Origin: Longimicrobiales bacterium
GTDB taxonomy: Bacteria; Gemmatimonadota; Gemmatimonadetes; Longimicrobiales; Gaopeijiaceae
Assembly (NCBI GenBank): GCA_965203485.1
Contig: OZ241892.1
Location: forward strand, 3,424,001 to 3,488,000
Direction: 5' to 3'
Length of the DNA: 64,000 bases
Position numbers and translations under genes: made by a program
In this document: positions 28,901-37,600 of the stretch, one piece after another
How the letters are laid out: every line of letters begins with the position of its first letter
Numbering within the stretch: the first letter of the stretch is position 1
Notes under the pieces: generated by a model
The model's database searches: none
What the model was told of the DNA's origin: nothing
Seen by the model: the letters and a program-made list of their open reading frames with translations, nothing else

Positions 28901-29421
28901 AGCCACAGGTTGTTCTGGCCGTTTCGGTCGCTTATGAAGGCGATCGCCGACCCGTCGGGCGAGTAGCGGGGATGATAGTGCGTGGCCACGCCGGTACCGC
29001 CCGTGAGGAGTTCGGCGACGCCTCCGCCGTCGGCGGGCACCCTGTAGACGTGGCCCAGAAGGTCGAAGGCGATCCACCGTCCGTCCGGCGACACGTCCAA
29101 CGACATCCACGTCCCTTCCGCCGTGGTGAAGTCGATTTCGCGGGTCTCGCCCCTGGCCAGCGTGACGTCCCAGTCGTCTTGCGCAGCGGACTCGTCTTGG
29201 GCCGTTTCGTCCTGGGGTGCGGCGCGGTTGCCCGACGCGCTTTCCGGGGCTGTTGCCTTCGGGGCCGCCGGTTCGTGACGGCCTGCGGCCGCTTCCCGCG
29301 TCGCCGTCCCCTCCGTGGCCACAGCTTGGTTCGGCGCCGCTGGGCCTGCGAATGCGATGGCGGCGACGGCGGCGATGAAGCGGATCGCAATCGCGGGGAA
29401 CCATGGGACGCATGCTCGCAT
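25948..29421 (-). CDS. Secreted amidohydrolase with TolB-like beta-propeller repeats
   Basis: Multiple SPDG/PD40 repeats, PGFVDMHAH, GTIETGKLADLLVL. Confidence 0.9.
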   Translation of the reverse strand: MRACVPWFPAIAIRFIAAVAAIAFAGPAAPNQAVATEGTATREAAAGRHEPAAPKATAPESASGNRAAPQDETAQDESAAQDDWDVTLARGETREIDFTTAEGTWMSLDVSPDGRWIAFDLLGHVYRVPADGGGVAELLTGGTGVATHYHPRYSPDGSAIAFISDRNGQNNLWLMDADGSNARAVFEEPMVRAVEPAWSADGSYVFVRRRNLAPGGGGGIWMYHRDGGKGVQVVDDSQPQAAWPSPSKDGRHLYFHVYTGPQGLQGRDAMAGHWQVRRMNLETGEVVHVTRGTAAQQVRASSGSAYAPEVSPDGRWLAFARRVADGTISYRGHTFGPRTALWIRDLHTGAERVAMDPVTVDNAEGIKTLRILPGYGWTADGSGIVITQGGKIRRLDVASGEVTTVPFKARVQRMLSEMARARFRIDDGPFQAKMLRWYGASPDRSRIAFQAVGRIWIASADGSVRPRRLTLGDGPFEYSPAWSPDGSWIAYATWDGETGGHLWKARADGRGDAPQRLTRSPSEYVHPVWSPDGSEIVVTRGSGAASRARSATQNPYWELWRVAADGNAETRVLTLPEGTAGLGGNRRQIVRASFGRGRRIHFPSRHASEAGETTTALMSVRGDGSDLRVHATIPFGDEFVVSPGGGRVAFQEGDNVFWAPLPPGGAGGTPVALKKDGAPVPVARLTTEGGLYPRWRNDDELEYGNGVRFFVHDVANGSTDTVSIDLQVPRRIPEGTLALANARILTLKDREIVEGGTVIVDGSRIACAGACDASSADSVLDMTGKTIVPGFVDMHAHHYREHRGLIPKRDFESAVYLAYGVTTNLDNSMWSQNVFASGELIRAGQVAGPRTFSTGDPLYRGDGPRQNELASYEVAEQNINRLASWGATAVKQYLQPRRDQRQWVSDIARAKGLMVTSENNDIPYTIGMIMDGQTGFEHPMTYLPMYRDLSQFLGRAGATYSPTFVVGGIGPWNEEYFFAESDVWLDEKQRRWMPWRQVIPHMRRRWIRPDTDYSFPFIAQGMMDVVEAGGWGAIGSHGQAHGIATHWEIWMVESASDPMTALEVASVHGAVFLGADQDLGTIETGKLADLLVLNSNPLDDIRNTTDILYVVQGGIVRDATTLDEIWPKQTPYGEHWWVEPGAWRKDDRPVDFWDRRR

Positions 29422-29762
29422 GGGGGAACCGTCTCTTTCGTCGTCGGTGGGATTCCTGATGGTCCAGGGGAGGCAAGGCGGGGCGTCTCAACTTGCGCTT
29501 TCGCGGCGTGCGGATGCAAGCTTGATGCGCCAAGCCCGCCGGGTGGCGCGAGGTGCGGAATTTGCTCCAGCGCGAGCGTGACCTGCATGTTCCCGGATGC
29601 ACCAACCCGCCCGCGGCGCCTGGTGCGCGGTTCCGGGCAACTTTCGTCGGGGGAACGGAGTGGGTGGGGTCGGCGAGCAGGCGGCGTGCGCTCATGGGCA
29701 AGGCTCCACGCGGTTTCCCCCTTAGCAATGGCCATCACCATAACCATGAAGGGAAGAGCCGT

Positions 29763-30695
29763 ATGAAGGGAACATCATCAGTCGCGTTGCGCGGGTCGGT
29801 TGGTTGCGCGGCGCTTCCGGCCTTGATCGCGCTGGCCGTCGCAGGCCTGGGCCCCGAGCCTGCGCACGGCCAACAGGACATGTCGGAGGTCGTGATCGAG
29901 ACGATCGAACTGGAGCCCGATCTGTTCATGCTGGTCGGCCGCGGCGGCAACATCGGCCTGTCCGTGGGCGACGACGGCGCGTTTCTGATCGACGACCAGT
30001 ACGCCCCGCTGACCGAGAAGATCTTGGCGGCGGTCGCCGCCGTCACGAACGAGCCGGTGCGCTGGGTGCTCAACACCCACTGGCACGGCGACCACACCGG
30101 CGGCAACGAGAACCTGGGCAAGGCGGGCGCGATGATCGTCGCCCACGAGAACGTCTACCGCCGCATGAATCCCGCCGAGTTCGGCGACCTCGTGGGTCGC
30201 TCCAACCAAGCCCCGCCGACCGGATTGCCGGTGGTGTCCTTCGACCACTCGATCCGCTTCCACTGGAACGCCCGCCACATCCAAGTCGCGCACGTCCCCG
30301 CCGCGCACACGGACGGCGATGCCCTCGTGCACTTCCCGCGCGCCAACGTCTTCCACATGGGCGACACCTTCTTCCACGGACGCTACCCATTCGTGGACGT
30401 GGACAGCGGCGGCGACATCGACGGCGTCATCGCCGCGGCCAACTTCGTGCTGGAGCGCGCCGACGCCGACACGCGGATCATCCCCGGCCATGGTTCGTTA
30501 GCGGGCCCGGAAGATCTGCGAGCCTATCGCGACATGTTGGAGACCGTCCGCCTGCGCGTCGCCCGCCTCCGAGCCGCAGGCCGCACCGAAGACGAGACCG
30601 TGGCGGCCCAGCCCACCGCGGACCTCGACGAGACCTGGGGCGCCAACCCGGAACGCTTCGTGCGAGCGGTGTACCGGAGCGTGGGGGCTGGGTAG
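29763..30695 (+). CDS. Secreted MBL-fold metallo-hydrolase (cyclase-like)
   Basis: NTHWHGDHTGGN, AHTDGD, HMGD, IPGHG. Confidence 0.9.
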   Translation: MKGTSSVALRGSVGCAALPALIALAVAGLGPEPAHGQQDMSEVVIETIELEPDLFMLVGRGGNIGLSVGDDGAFLIDDQYAPLTEKILAAVAAVTNEPVRWVLNTHWHGDHTGGNENLGKAGAMIVAHENVYRRMNPAEFGDLVGRSNQAPPTGLPVVSFDHSIRFHWNARHIQVAHVPAAHTDGDALVHFPRANVFHMGDTFFHGRYPFVDVDSGGDIDGVIAAANFVLERADADTRIIPGHGSLAGPEDLRAYRDMLETVRLRVARLRAAGRTEDETVAAQPTADLDETWGANPERFVRAVYRSVGAG

Positions 30696-30970
30696 TGTGA
30701 TCCCGCCGAGTGTATCTGTGGGCACTCAAGACCCGCTGACGCAGGTAGCCGAGTTTACCATGTCTTGCTTTTGTGTAGCAATCTCTTTCTGCGTCGGACA
30801 TGTCGAACGTCCACGCCTTGATCGAATATCGTCCACCAGATTTCTAGATTTGGTTCGCAAGGATCAAATCAACCTCTGCACCCGTCCATTTCTCAATCCG
30901 GGCGACTGAATTCGTTAACGCAAGCTGGGTTGCCCCTGTGCGTCCCGCCTGAAAGGACACATAACTGACC

Positions 30971-32080
30971 ATGGCCACATCGAATTCTAGAGAACCTGTC
31001 ACGACGACGATGATCTCTAACCTCACTTTTGATCGCCAGAATCCTCGCCTCGCTGAGTTTGAGATGCCTCCGACGGATGACGATATAATCGCTTTGCTGT
31101 GGGAAACGATGGATGTGCGGGAGTTGGTGTTGTCACTCTCGACAAGCGGTTTTTTCCCGCACGAACCGGTAATGGTCACGAAAGAAGACGGTCGCCTAGT
31201 CGTGATTGAAGGAAATAGACGACTTGCTGCCGCAAAACTTCTTTGTGATCCACATCTCGCAGAAAGATTGGGTGCTGACGTACCGCCGATCGATTCAAAA
31301 ACGAAAGCAAAAATTGAAAAAATTCCTACTGTATCTACTAGTCGTGAGAATGCTTGGCAGTATCTAGGCTTCAAGCATGTTAATGGACCTGCCAAGTGGA
31401 GTAGTTACGCCAAGTCGAAGTATGTCGCTACCGTACACAGGCAGTATGGCATACCTCTGACTTCCATAGCGAATCAGATCGGCGATACACATCGCACAGT
31501 GCAAAGATTGTATCGAGGACTGATGGTAATCGAACAAGCTGAGAAAGAAAGACTTTTTGACCGCAACGATCGATGGCGTAATCATTTTGCGTTTTCTCAT
31601 CTGTATACCGGGCTGGATTATCGTGGCATCAGTGAGTTCATCGGCGTGAGCGATGCATCAGATGAAATCCCTGATCCAGTTCCGACGACGAGAAAATGCG
31701 AACTCCGTGAGTTATTTCTATGGATATATGGAAGCAAGAGAGAAGATCGAGAGCCTGTCGTTCAACGGCAGAATCCTGATCTTCGTCGCTTAGATGTGGT
31801 CGTGTCTCACGAAGTGTCCCTTGCGGCCCTGCGATCAAACGTCGATTTGGCAGTTGCATTCGAGATGACTGTACCAACAGCAAATCTTTTTATCGAGTCG
31901 TTGGCAAACGCAAGAAACAGTCTTCAAAAAGCCCGTGGGTTGCTCGAGAGCTATGGTGGTTCCGAAGAACAACTGAGAACCGCAGGCACGATCGCGGTCA
32001 TTGCTGAAGAGATCTATGACGAAATGGATCGAAAACGCAACAGGACGGTCAAAAAGAGATTGACGGAAACCAATTATTAA
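30971..32080 (+). CDS. ParB/Srx-like N-terminal domain protein with HTH-like segment
   Basis: DRQNPRL, GFFPHEPVMV, VIEGNRRLAA (ParB-type arginine patch), LTSIANQIGDTHRTVQR. Lower GC than the flanks and no parA nearby. Confidence 0.8.
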   Translation: MATSNSREPVTTTMISNLTFDRQNPRLAEFEMPPTDDDIIALLWETMDVRELVLSLSTSGFFPHEPVMVTKEDGRLVVIEGNRRLAAAKLLCDPHLAERLGADVPPIDSKTKAKIEKIPTVSTSRENAWQYLGFKHVNGPAKWSSYAKSKYVATVHRQYGIPLTSIANQIGDTHRTVQRLYRGLMVIEQAEKERLFDRNDRWRNHFAFSHLYTGLDYRGISEFIGVSDASDEIPDPVPTTRKCELRELFLWIYGSKREDREPVVQRQNPDLRRLDVVVSHEVSLAALRSNVDLAVAFEMTVPTANLFIESLANARNSLQKARGLLESYGGSEEQLRTAGTIAVIAEEIYDEMDRKRNRTVKKRLTETNY

Positions 32081-32081
32081 T

Positions 32082-32511
32082 GACGCTTTCCCGATTGATG
32101 GGCGTCGTCGGAGGGACGGCATGGACTCTTGGAGCGAGGAGAGCGGATGGAGATGCAGGGTGGCTGTGCGAAGTCGGCGTGGTTGTGCTGGTTGTAATGG
32201 GCGTCGGCCTCCGGGCTCGGGCTGGTCGAGAAGGCGGCGGCGATGCCCCGGATGCACCTGTGGAGCATCGTCACCACCGTCGTGTTGAATGCCGCCAACG
32301 GCTCGGCCGAGGGCGGCAACAGCCGCATCCAAGCGGTCAAGGCCCGGCACCGCGGCTTTCGCAATCAGGACAGCTTCGCCGCGGCCAGTCTCTTCCACCT
32401 CGGCGGCCCCGATCTCTGTTCGCGCCTCACCCAGCAATGATCCGTTGTTTTCCATGCCATTCCCGCTCGTTCCGGTTCCATGTCCCTCCCCACCACATCA
32501 GGCGAAGAACC
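32082..32511 (+). mobile_element. Internally deleted, degenerate ISL3 derivative (MITE-like) related to the IS at 1619-2992
   Basis: The left part shares TGGGCGTCGT and GGAGCGAGGAGAGCGGATGGA with the IS left end. It joins directly to the transposase tail (HLWSIV...NGSAEGGNSRIQAVKAR..GFRNQD..FHLGG). Right end CCCCACCACATCAGGCGAAGAACC ends at 32511. The left boundary is approximate. Confidence 0.9.
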
Positions 32512-32515
32512 TAAG

Positions 32516-33427
32516 ATGTTTACATGGCCGAGACTTCCAGCGAGGTGCGCAAACGAACACGAAATAGCGGATTTTGCAGAACTAGTTTGTTGGCAACGGG
32601 GAAGTGTTTCATCTGTTCAACTCGTAGAGGATCTTGAACGCATGGATGATAACGATTATTCATCAACAGGAGTTCAAGAGGACGATGGCAGAAAAGAAGA
32701 TGATATGGTTGCGATTTATCAGGAGCTTGAAGACAGGCAAAAAGCGTCTAGAGGAGGCTATCCTTTTGTTGTCGCCCAGCACGGTCATGCATTGCATCGA
32801 AGAGAAAAAATTAATGAAAGGATGATGATATATTTTTATCTCTTGCTAGCGACGCGCCTCAACATGAAGACTCAAAGGCGACATAATGATATTGACGGTA
32901 CTCTATTGTTCGAACGACTTGCCGCGGATATAGCGCGTACATATTTCGGTGATCGAGCTAGTAGCTATATATTTGGTTCCGATAATAAATCGTCGTTTAG
33001 AAAAAAGATTGATTTATTGTGTAAGGAATATATTAACGAAGGTGATGGACTGTCGGAACAACAACGTGAACCAACGGAACGCGACGGAAAACTAGATGTC
33101 GTCGTTTGGAAGCATTTTTCTGACCGATCCTCGGGAAAACTAATTGGTTTTGGTCAATGCAAGACAGGAACACACTATCGCGAACAGCTCACGCAACTAC
33201 AACCAGATGAATTTTGTCGAAAATGGATGAGAACACAACCGGTATTTACTCCGATCAGGATGTTTTTCGTAACCGAAGCTCTCTCGAGACGTCAATGGCG
33301 AAATATATCTATTGATAGTGGTTTGCTGTTTGATCGATGCCGAGTCGTAGATTTTGCCGATGAAATTCATCCGAAGGTACGCAAGGACATAGAACAATGG
33401 ATTGAAGGAGCATCCTCAATCTTATAA
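32516..33427 (+). CDS. Hypothetical protein with restriction endonuclease-like (PD-(D/E)XK variant, D...QxK) motif
   Basis: LFERLAA...RDGKLDVVVW...IGFGQCKTG. Low GC. The likely start is ATG 32516, since the 12 upstream codons lie in the IS end. Confidence 0.65.
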   Translation: MFTWPRLPARCANEHEIADFAELVCWQRGSVSSVQLVEDLERMDDNDYSSTGVQEDDGRKEDDMVAIYQELEDRQKASRGGYPFVVAQHGHALHRREKINERMMIYFYLLLATRLNMKTQRRHNDIDGTLLFERLAADIARTYFGDRASSYIFGSDNKSSFRKKIDLLCKEYINEGDGLSEQQREPTERDGKLDVVVWKHFSDRSSGKLIGFGQCKTGTHYREQLTQLQPDEFCRKWMRTQPVFTPIRMFFVTEALSRRQWRNISIDSGLLFDRCRVVDFADEIHPKVRKDIEQWIEGASSIL

Positions 33428-33434
33428 TAAGAAT

Positions 33435-33700
33435 CAACATCAACTTGAGTTGGCCTGCCGCCGAACAAAACCAGAGGCCGATGCTTTCCTTGCATCCAGG
33501 TGAAGAACCACTCGACAATCCATCTCCGCTTCGCCTGCCGAAGACACCGACCGTCATGCGTCCGCGTTCGATTTGCGCTGGTGCGGCACGCGATCATTTC
33601 GACACCCCGTTCCTGCAATGCGATGTCCAACGGATCGCTATCGTACGCCTTGTCTCTTATCAGGTTCGCAGTCGTGTCCTGCGCGAACGCCAAGGCTCAG
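33435..33700 (-). pseudogene. IS5-family transposase C-terminal remnant
   Basis: DKAYDSDPL...GVEMIA and, in another frame, DGRCLRQAKRRWIVEWFFTW. Frameshifted and lacking the N-terminus. Boundaries are approximate. Confidence 0.8.
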
Positions 33701-33790
33701 CCACTCCCCCAATCGTCCAACTCCCTTGCTATGCGATGACTTGTGAACCTTCCGACCACACTTCTCTCGGGTACTTCGGACTGGAGATCA

Positions 33791-34648
33791 TTAAAACACA
33801 TGTCGTCGAGTCACTATTAGTTCATCAACGCGCGCATGGTGTGTGGTCTTCATGGAGACTCTAACAGCGATAAAGCCATGACTGCGAATCATGTCAACGA
33901 TGTCGGACGTCATGTTATAGGTCATCAGAAAATCAACATTTTTGTCTGCGAGAAGAGCGAACAAGCGTTTATGATTGATTTTGTGGTACTTGTATAGTCG
34001 TCGTCCGGGACGTTTTCCTCCAGCTGTGTAGGGAGGATCGATAAAAATCGCTATGTCGTCGGACGAAGGCATGGACTCAAGCAAAGACATACCGTCTCCG
34101 TGGTGAAATTCAAGTTTCTTGCGATCTACGTCATCCTTGATTGCGTGAAGACGATTAACCAACGTGTCGCGATACCATCGCGAGGCGACGCCCTTGCCAT
34201 CTTCGCCCGCGCGTATGAATGACGTGCCTGCCGCCAGGATGCCGCCGCGACGTGTTCGATTCAACACGAGCGTTCGAAATCCACGGTCGATGTCATTCTT
34301 GGGCGAACTAGCAAGTATATCGGCTAGGTTCTGCGTCGTTGGCTCGAATTTTTCGATCTTGTTGCAAAGTTCTTCTGTATGATTGAAAGTTGCGCGCCAA
34401 AACGCGGCGACGTCTGGATCGAGTTCGGTGAGGAGGCATTGATCAGCGAGGTTTTCCGCAGCCGCGGTCAGAGAGACGATGCCGCCGCCGCAGAATGGTT
34501 CATATAGAGTATTGGTGCGACGGCGCAACCAGTGCTTGACATGAGGAACCAGCCAAGTCTTGCCACCGGGGTAGCGAAGAGGAGATCGGTGGGGCACGGA
34601 TGACACGTTGTGGGCGGCAATCGACGACGACGGAATGTTGGTCTTCAC
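33791..34648 (-). CDS. Dam/D12-class amino DNA methyltransferase (alpha group)
   Basis: SPLRYPGGKTWL, motif I EPFCGGG, motif IV FIDPPY, FLMTYN. Confidence 0.92.
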   Translation of the reverse strand: MKTNIPSSSIAAHNVSSVPHRSPLRYPGGKTWLVPHVKHWLRRRTNTLYEPFCGGGIVSLTAAAENLADQCLLTELDPDVAAFWRATFNHTEELCNKIEKFEPTTQNLADILASSPKNDIDRGFRTLVLNRTRRGGILAAGTSFIRAGEDGKGVASRWYRDTLVNRLHAIKDDVDRKKLEFHHGDGMSLLESMPSSDDIAIFIDPPYTAGGKRPGRRLYKYHKINHKRLFALLADKNVDFLMTYNMTSDIVDMIRSHGFIAVRVSMKTTHHARVDELIVTRRHVF

Positions 34649-34663
34649 TGTGCAATCCGCCCG

Positions 34664-37600
34664 CTACCCGCCCGCCGCCTGCCGCACCACCTGCACGGCT
34701 ACCGACAGCCCCGCCAGCGTCGCCGTTTCCTCGGTGCGCATCTCGTCGAGCAGGGCGTGGAAGCGGTCCAGGGGGCTGCCGTTGCCGCCGAAGTCGAAGG
34801 CCTTGGCCAGGGTCTCGTCGCCTGCGAGGGCGACGCCGGTCAGCCGGCGGCGGATGGCCCCGATGTCGTCGATCAGGCCGAGGCTCCAACGGCGCTCCCA
34901 GCGGCCGCCCTCGACGGCGGCCTTCTCGATCGACGAGACGAGCCAGGGAATGCGGAGCTCCTCGGTGACCCAGTAGTAGGTGCGGGCGGCCTTGACGGGG
35001 TCGGTTCCGGCGGTGCGAGCGAGGCGCAGGATCTCCAAGAGGTGGTCGAAGTAGCGGAGGGCGAAGAGGTTGCGCGCGAAGGGCTCGTCCACGCCGAGGC
35101 GCACGGCCTGCTGGACGCTGGCGAGGAAGGCCTCGCGGTCCTCGCCGGCGACGAGTTCGTGGAACCGGGCGCGCAGGGCCTCGAGTTCCGCGAGGTTGCC
35201 TTCGACGAGGGACGTGGAGGAGTCCTCGGGGTCGCAGTTGGCGAGCACCCAGCGTGTCGTACGTTCCAGGACTTCGGCGAGGCCCATCACCCAGCGGTAG
35301 GCGGATCCGGTGCGGACTTGGGCTTCGCGGGCGCAGATTGCTTCAAGCGTTTTCCTGTGCTGCGTGAGTTGCGAGGCGACCAGCCACGCGCGGGCCACTT
35401 CGTCGGCGGTGCGCCCGGTCTCGCGCGAAACGCGGGTTGGGAAGGCGGCGCCCATCACGTCCACGAGGTCGTTGGTGAGTTGGCTGGCGACGATTTCGCG
35501 GCGCAGCCGGTGACTGCGGGCGCGATCGCGGCCCACCAAGTCCACGGCGGCGGACGGGAAATAGTCGAAGAAGTAGTCGGCGGCGGCGGGGTCGTCGGGC
35601 AACGAAGAGCCCAGCAGCTCGGACTTGAGGTGGAGCTTCCCGTAGGCCAGCAGCACGGCAAGCTCGGGGCGAGTCAAGGACTCGTTGGCTTCCTGCCGGG
35701 CGCGGAGCTCGTCCCATGAAGGGAGACCCTCGGCTTCCCGGTCCAGGAGTCCCGTGCGGACCAAGTCGCCCATGAGCGCCCAGAAGTGGTCGACGCCGCG
35801 GCGGGCGCGGTACTCGTCCAACGAGACGGCCAAGCTCTGGTACTCGTTGTCGCGCAGGACCTGGGCGGCGACCTCGTCGGTGAGCCGGTGGAGCAGCTGG
35901 TTGCGTTCCTCGCTGGTCGCGACCCCCGCCTTCAATGCCTCGTTGAGCAGGATCTTCAGGTTGACTTCGCGGTCCGACAGATCCACTCCGCCCGAGTTGT
36001 CCAGCGCGTCCGTGTTGATGCGCCCGCCTCCGAGGGCGTACTCCACCCGCGCGGCCTGCGTGAAGCCCAGGTTGCCGCCCTCGGCCACCACGCGAGCCTG
36101 CAAGTCGCCCACGTCGATGCGCACGGCGTCGTTGGACGGGTCGCCCACGTCGGCGTGCGATTCGTCTCCCGCCTTGACGTAGGTGCCGATTCCGCCGTTC
36201 CACAGCAGGTCCACTGGGGCCGCCAGCACGGCCCGGATGAGGCTCTCGCTGTCCAGCTTCCGCACGCCGTCCTCCACCCCGAGCGCCGCAGCGGCCTCCT
36301 CGGTGAGGTCCACCGACTTGACGTCGCGCGGCACGATCATCCCGCCCGCCGACAGCTTGCTTCGGTCGTAGTCGTCCCACGACGAACGCCCCAGGTCGAA
36401 GAGCCGCTTGCGCTCCTTGAACGATGTCTCCGGGTCGGGGCCGGGGTCGATGAATACGTGCCTGTGGTCGAAGGCCGCCACCAGCCGAATCGCCCTCGAC
36501 AGCAGCATGCCGTTGCCGAACACGTCGCCGCTCATGTCGCCGATCCCCGCCACGGTGAAGGCGTCCTTCTGGATGTCCTTGCCCTTCTCGCGGAAGTGGC
36601 GCGTCACCGATTCCCACGCGCCGCCGGCGGTGATGCCGACCGCCTTGTGGTCGTAGCCGTTCGTGCCGCCGGACGCGAAGGCGTCGCCCAGCCAGAATCC
36701 GTGTTCGGCGGCCAGCTCGTTGGCCAAGTCCGAGAACGCGGCGGTCCCCTTGTCGGCGGCCACGACCAGATAGGGGTCGAAGCCGTCCCAGCAGACGACA
36801 CGCCCAGGCCGCGCGGCCTCGCCGTCGATGTTGTCGGTGACGTCGAGCATCCCGCGGATGAGCGTGCGGTACTGGGCCTTGGCCTCCTCCGCCATTGCGT
36901 CGCGCCCGGGAAGCGAGCGCAGGCACACGAAGCCGCCCTTCGAGCCGCCGGGCACGATGACCGCGTTCTTGACCATCTGGGTATAGACGAGGCCCTGCAC
37001 CTCCGTCCGGAAGTCGTCGTCGCGGTCGGAATGGCGGATTCCGCCCCGCGCGACCATGGCGCCGCGCAAGTGGACGCCCTCCATTCGCGACGACCGCACC
37101 CAGACCTCGTACTTGAGCCGGGTGGCGTGAATCTCGCGCAGGCGCGCGCACTCGAACTTGAACGAGACGTAGGGGACGCCGCCCGACCTGCGCGCGGGCG
37201 TCCGGCCGCCCGTCAGGAAGTAGTTGGTGCGCGCAGTCGCGTCGATCACTGCCTGGAGCGCGCGCAGCGCCCGGTCGAACGCCAGCGAGCGCACGCCGGC
37301 GAGCCCTGCCGCGATCTCCCGCTTGATCGTCGCGGCCCGAGCCCTGCGGGCCCGGCCGGGGCCATCACCCTCCTCGAACGCGTCCGGGTCGAAGCGGGCC
37401 TCGAAGAGACGGAACAGGCGAAGTCCCACGTCCGGGTGCGTAGCAAGCGCCGTGCGCACGACTTGGCGCGTCGGGACGACTCCGAGCTGGAACGCGAAGT
37501 GAGCATAGGCGCGCAGCACGTCCGCCTCGCGCCACGCCATTCCCGTCCTCTCCACGAGCCGGTTGAACGCGTCGTCCGTGGCGTCGCCGGCGCGCACCGC

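Noticed and set aside
30971..32080. ParB as a chromosome or plasmid partition gene
   Set aside because: No parA, parS-like palindrome or rep gene was seen, and the context is a nuclease plus a methyltransferase.
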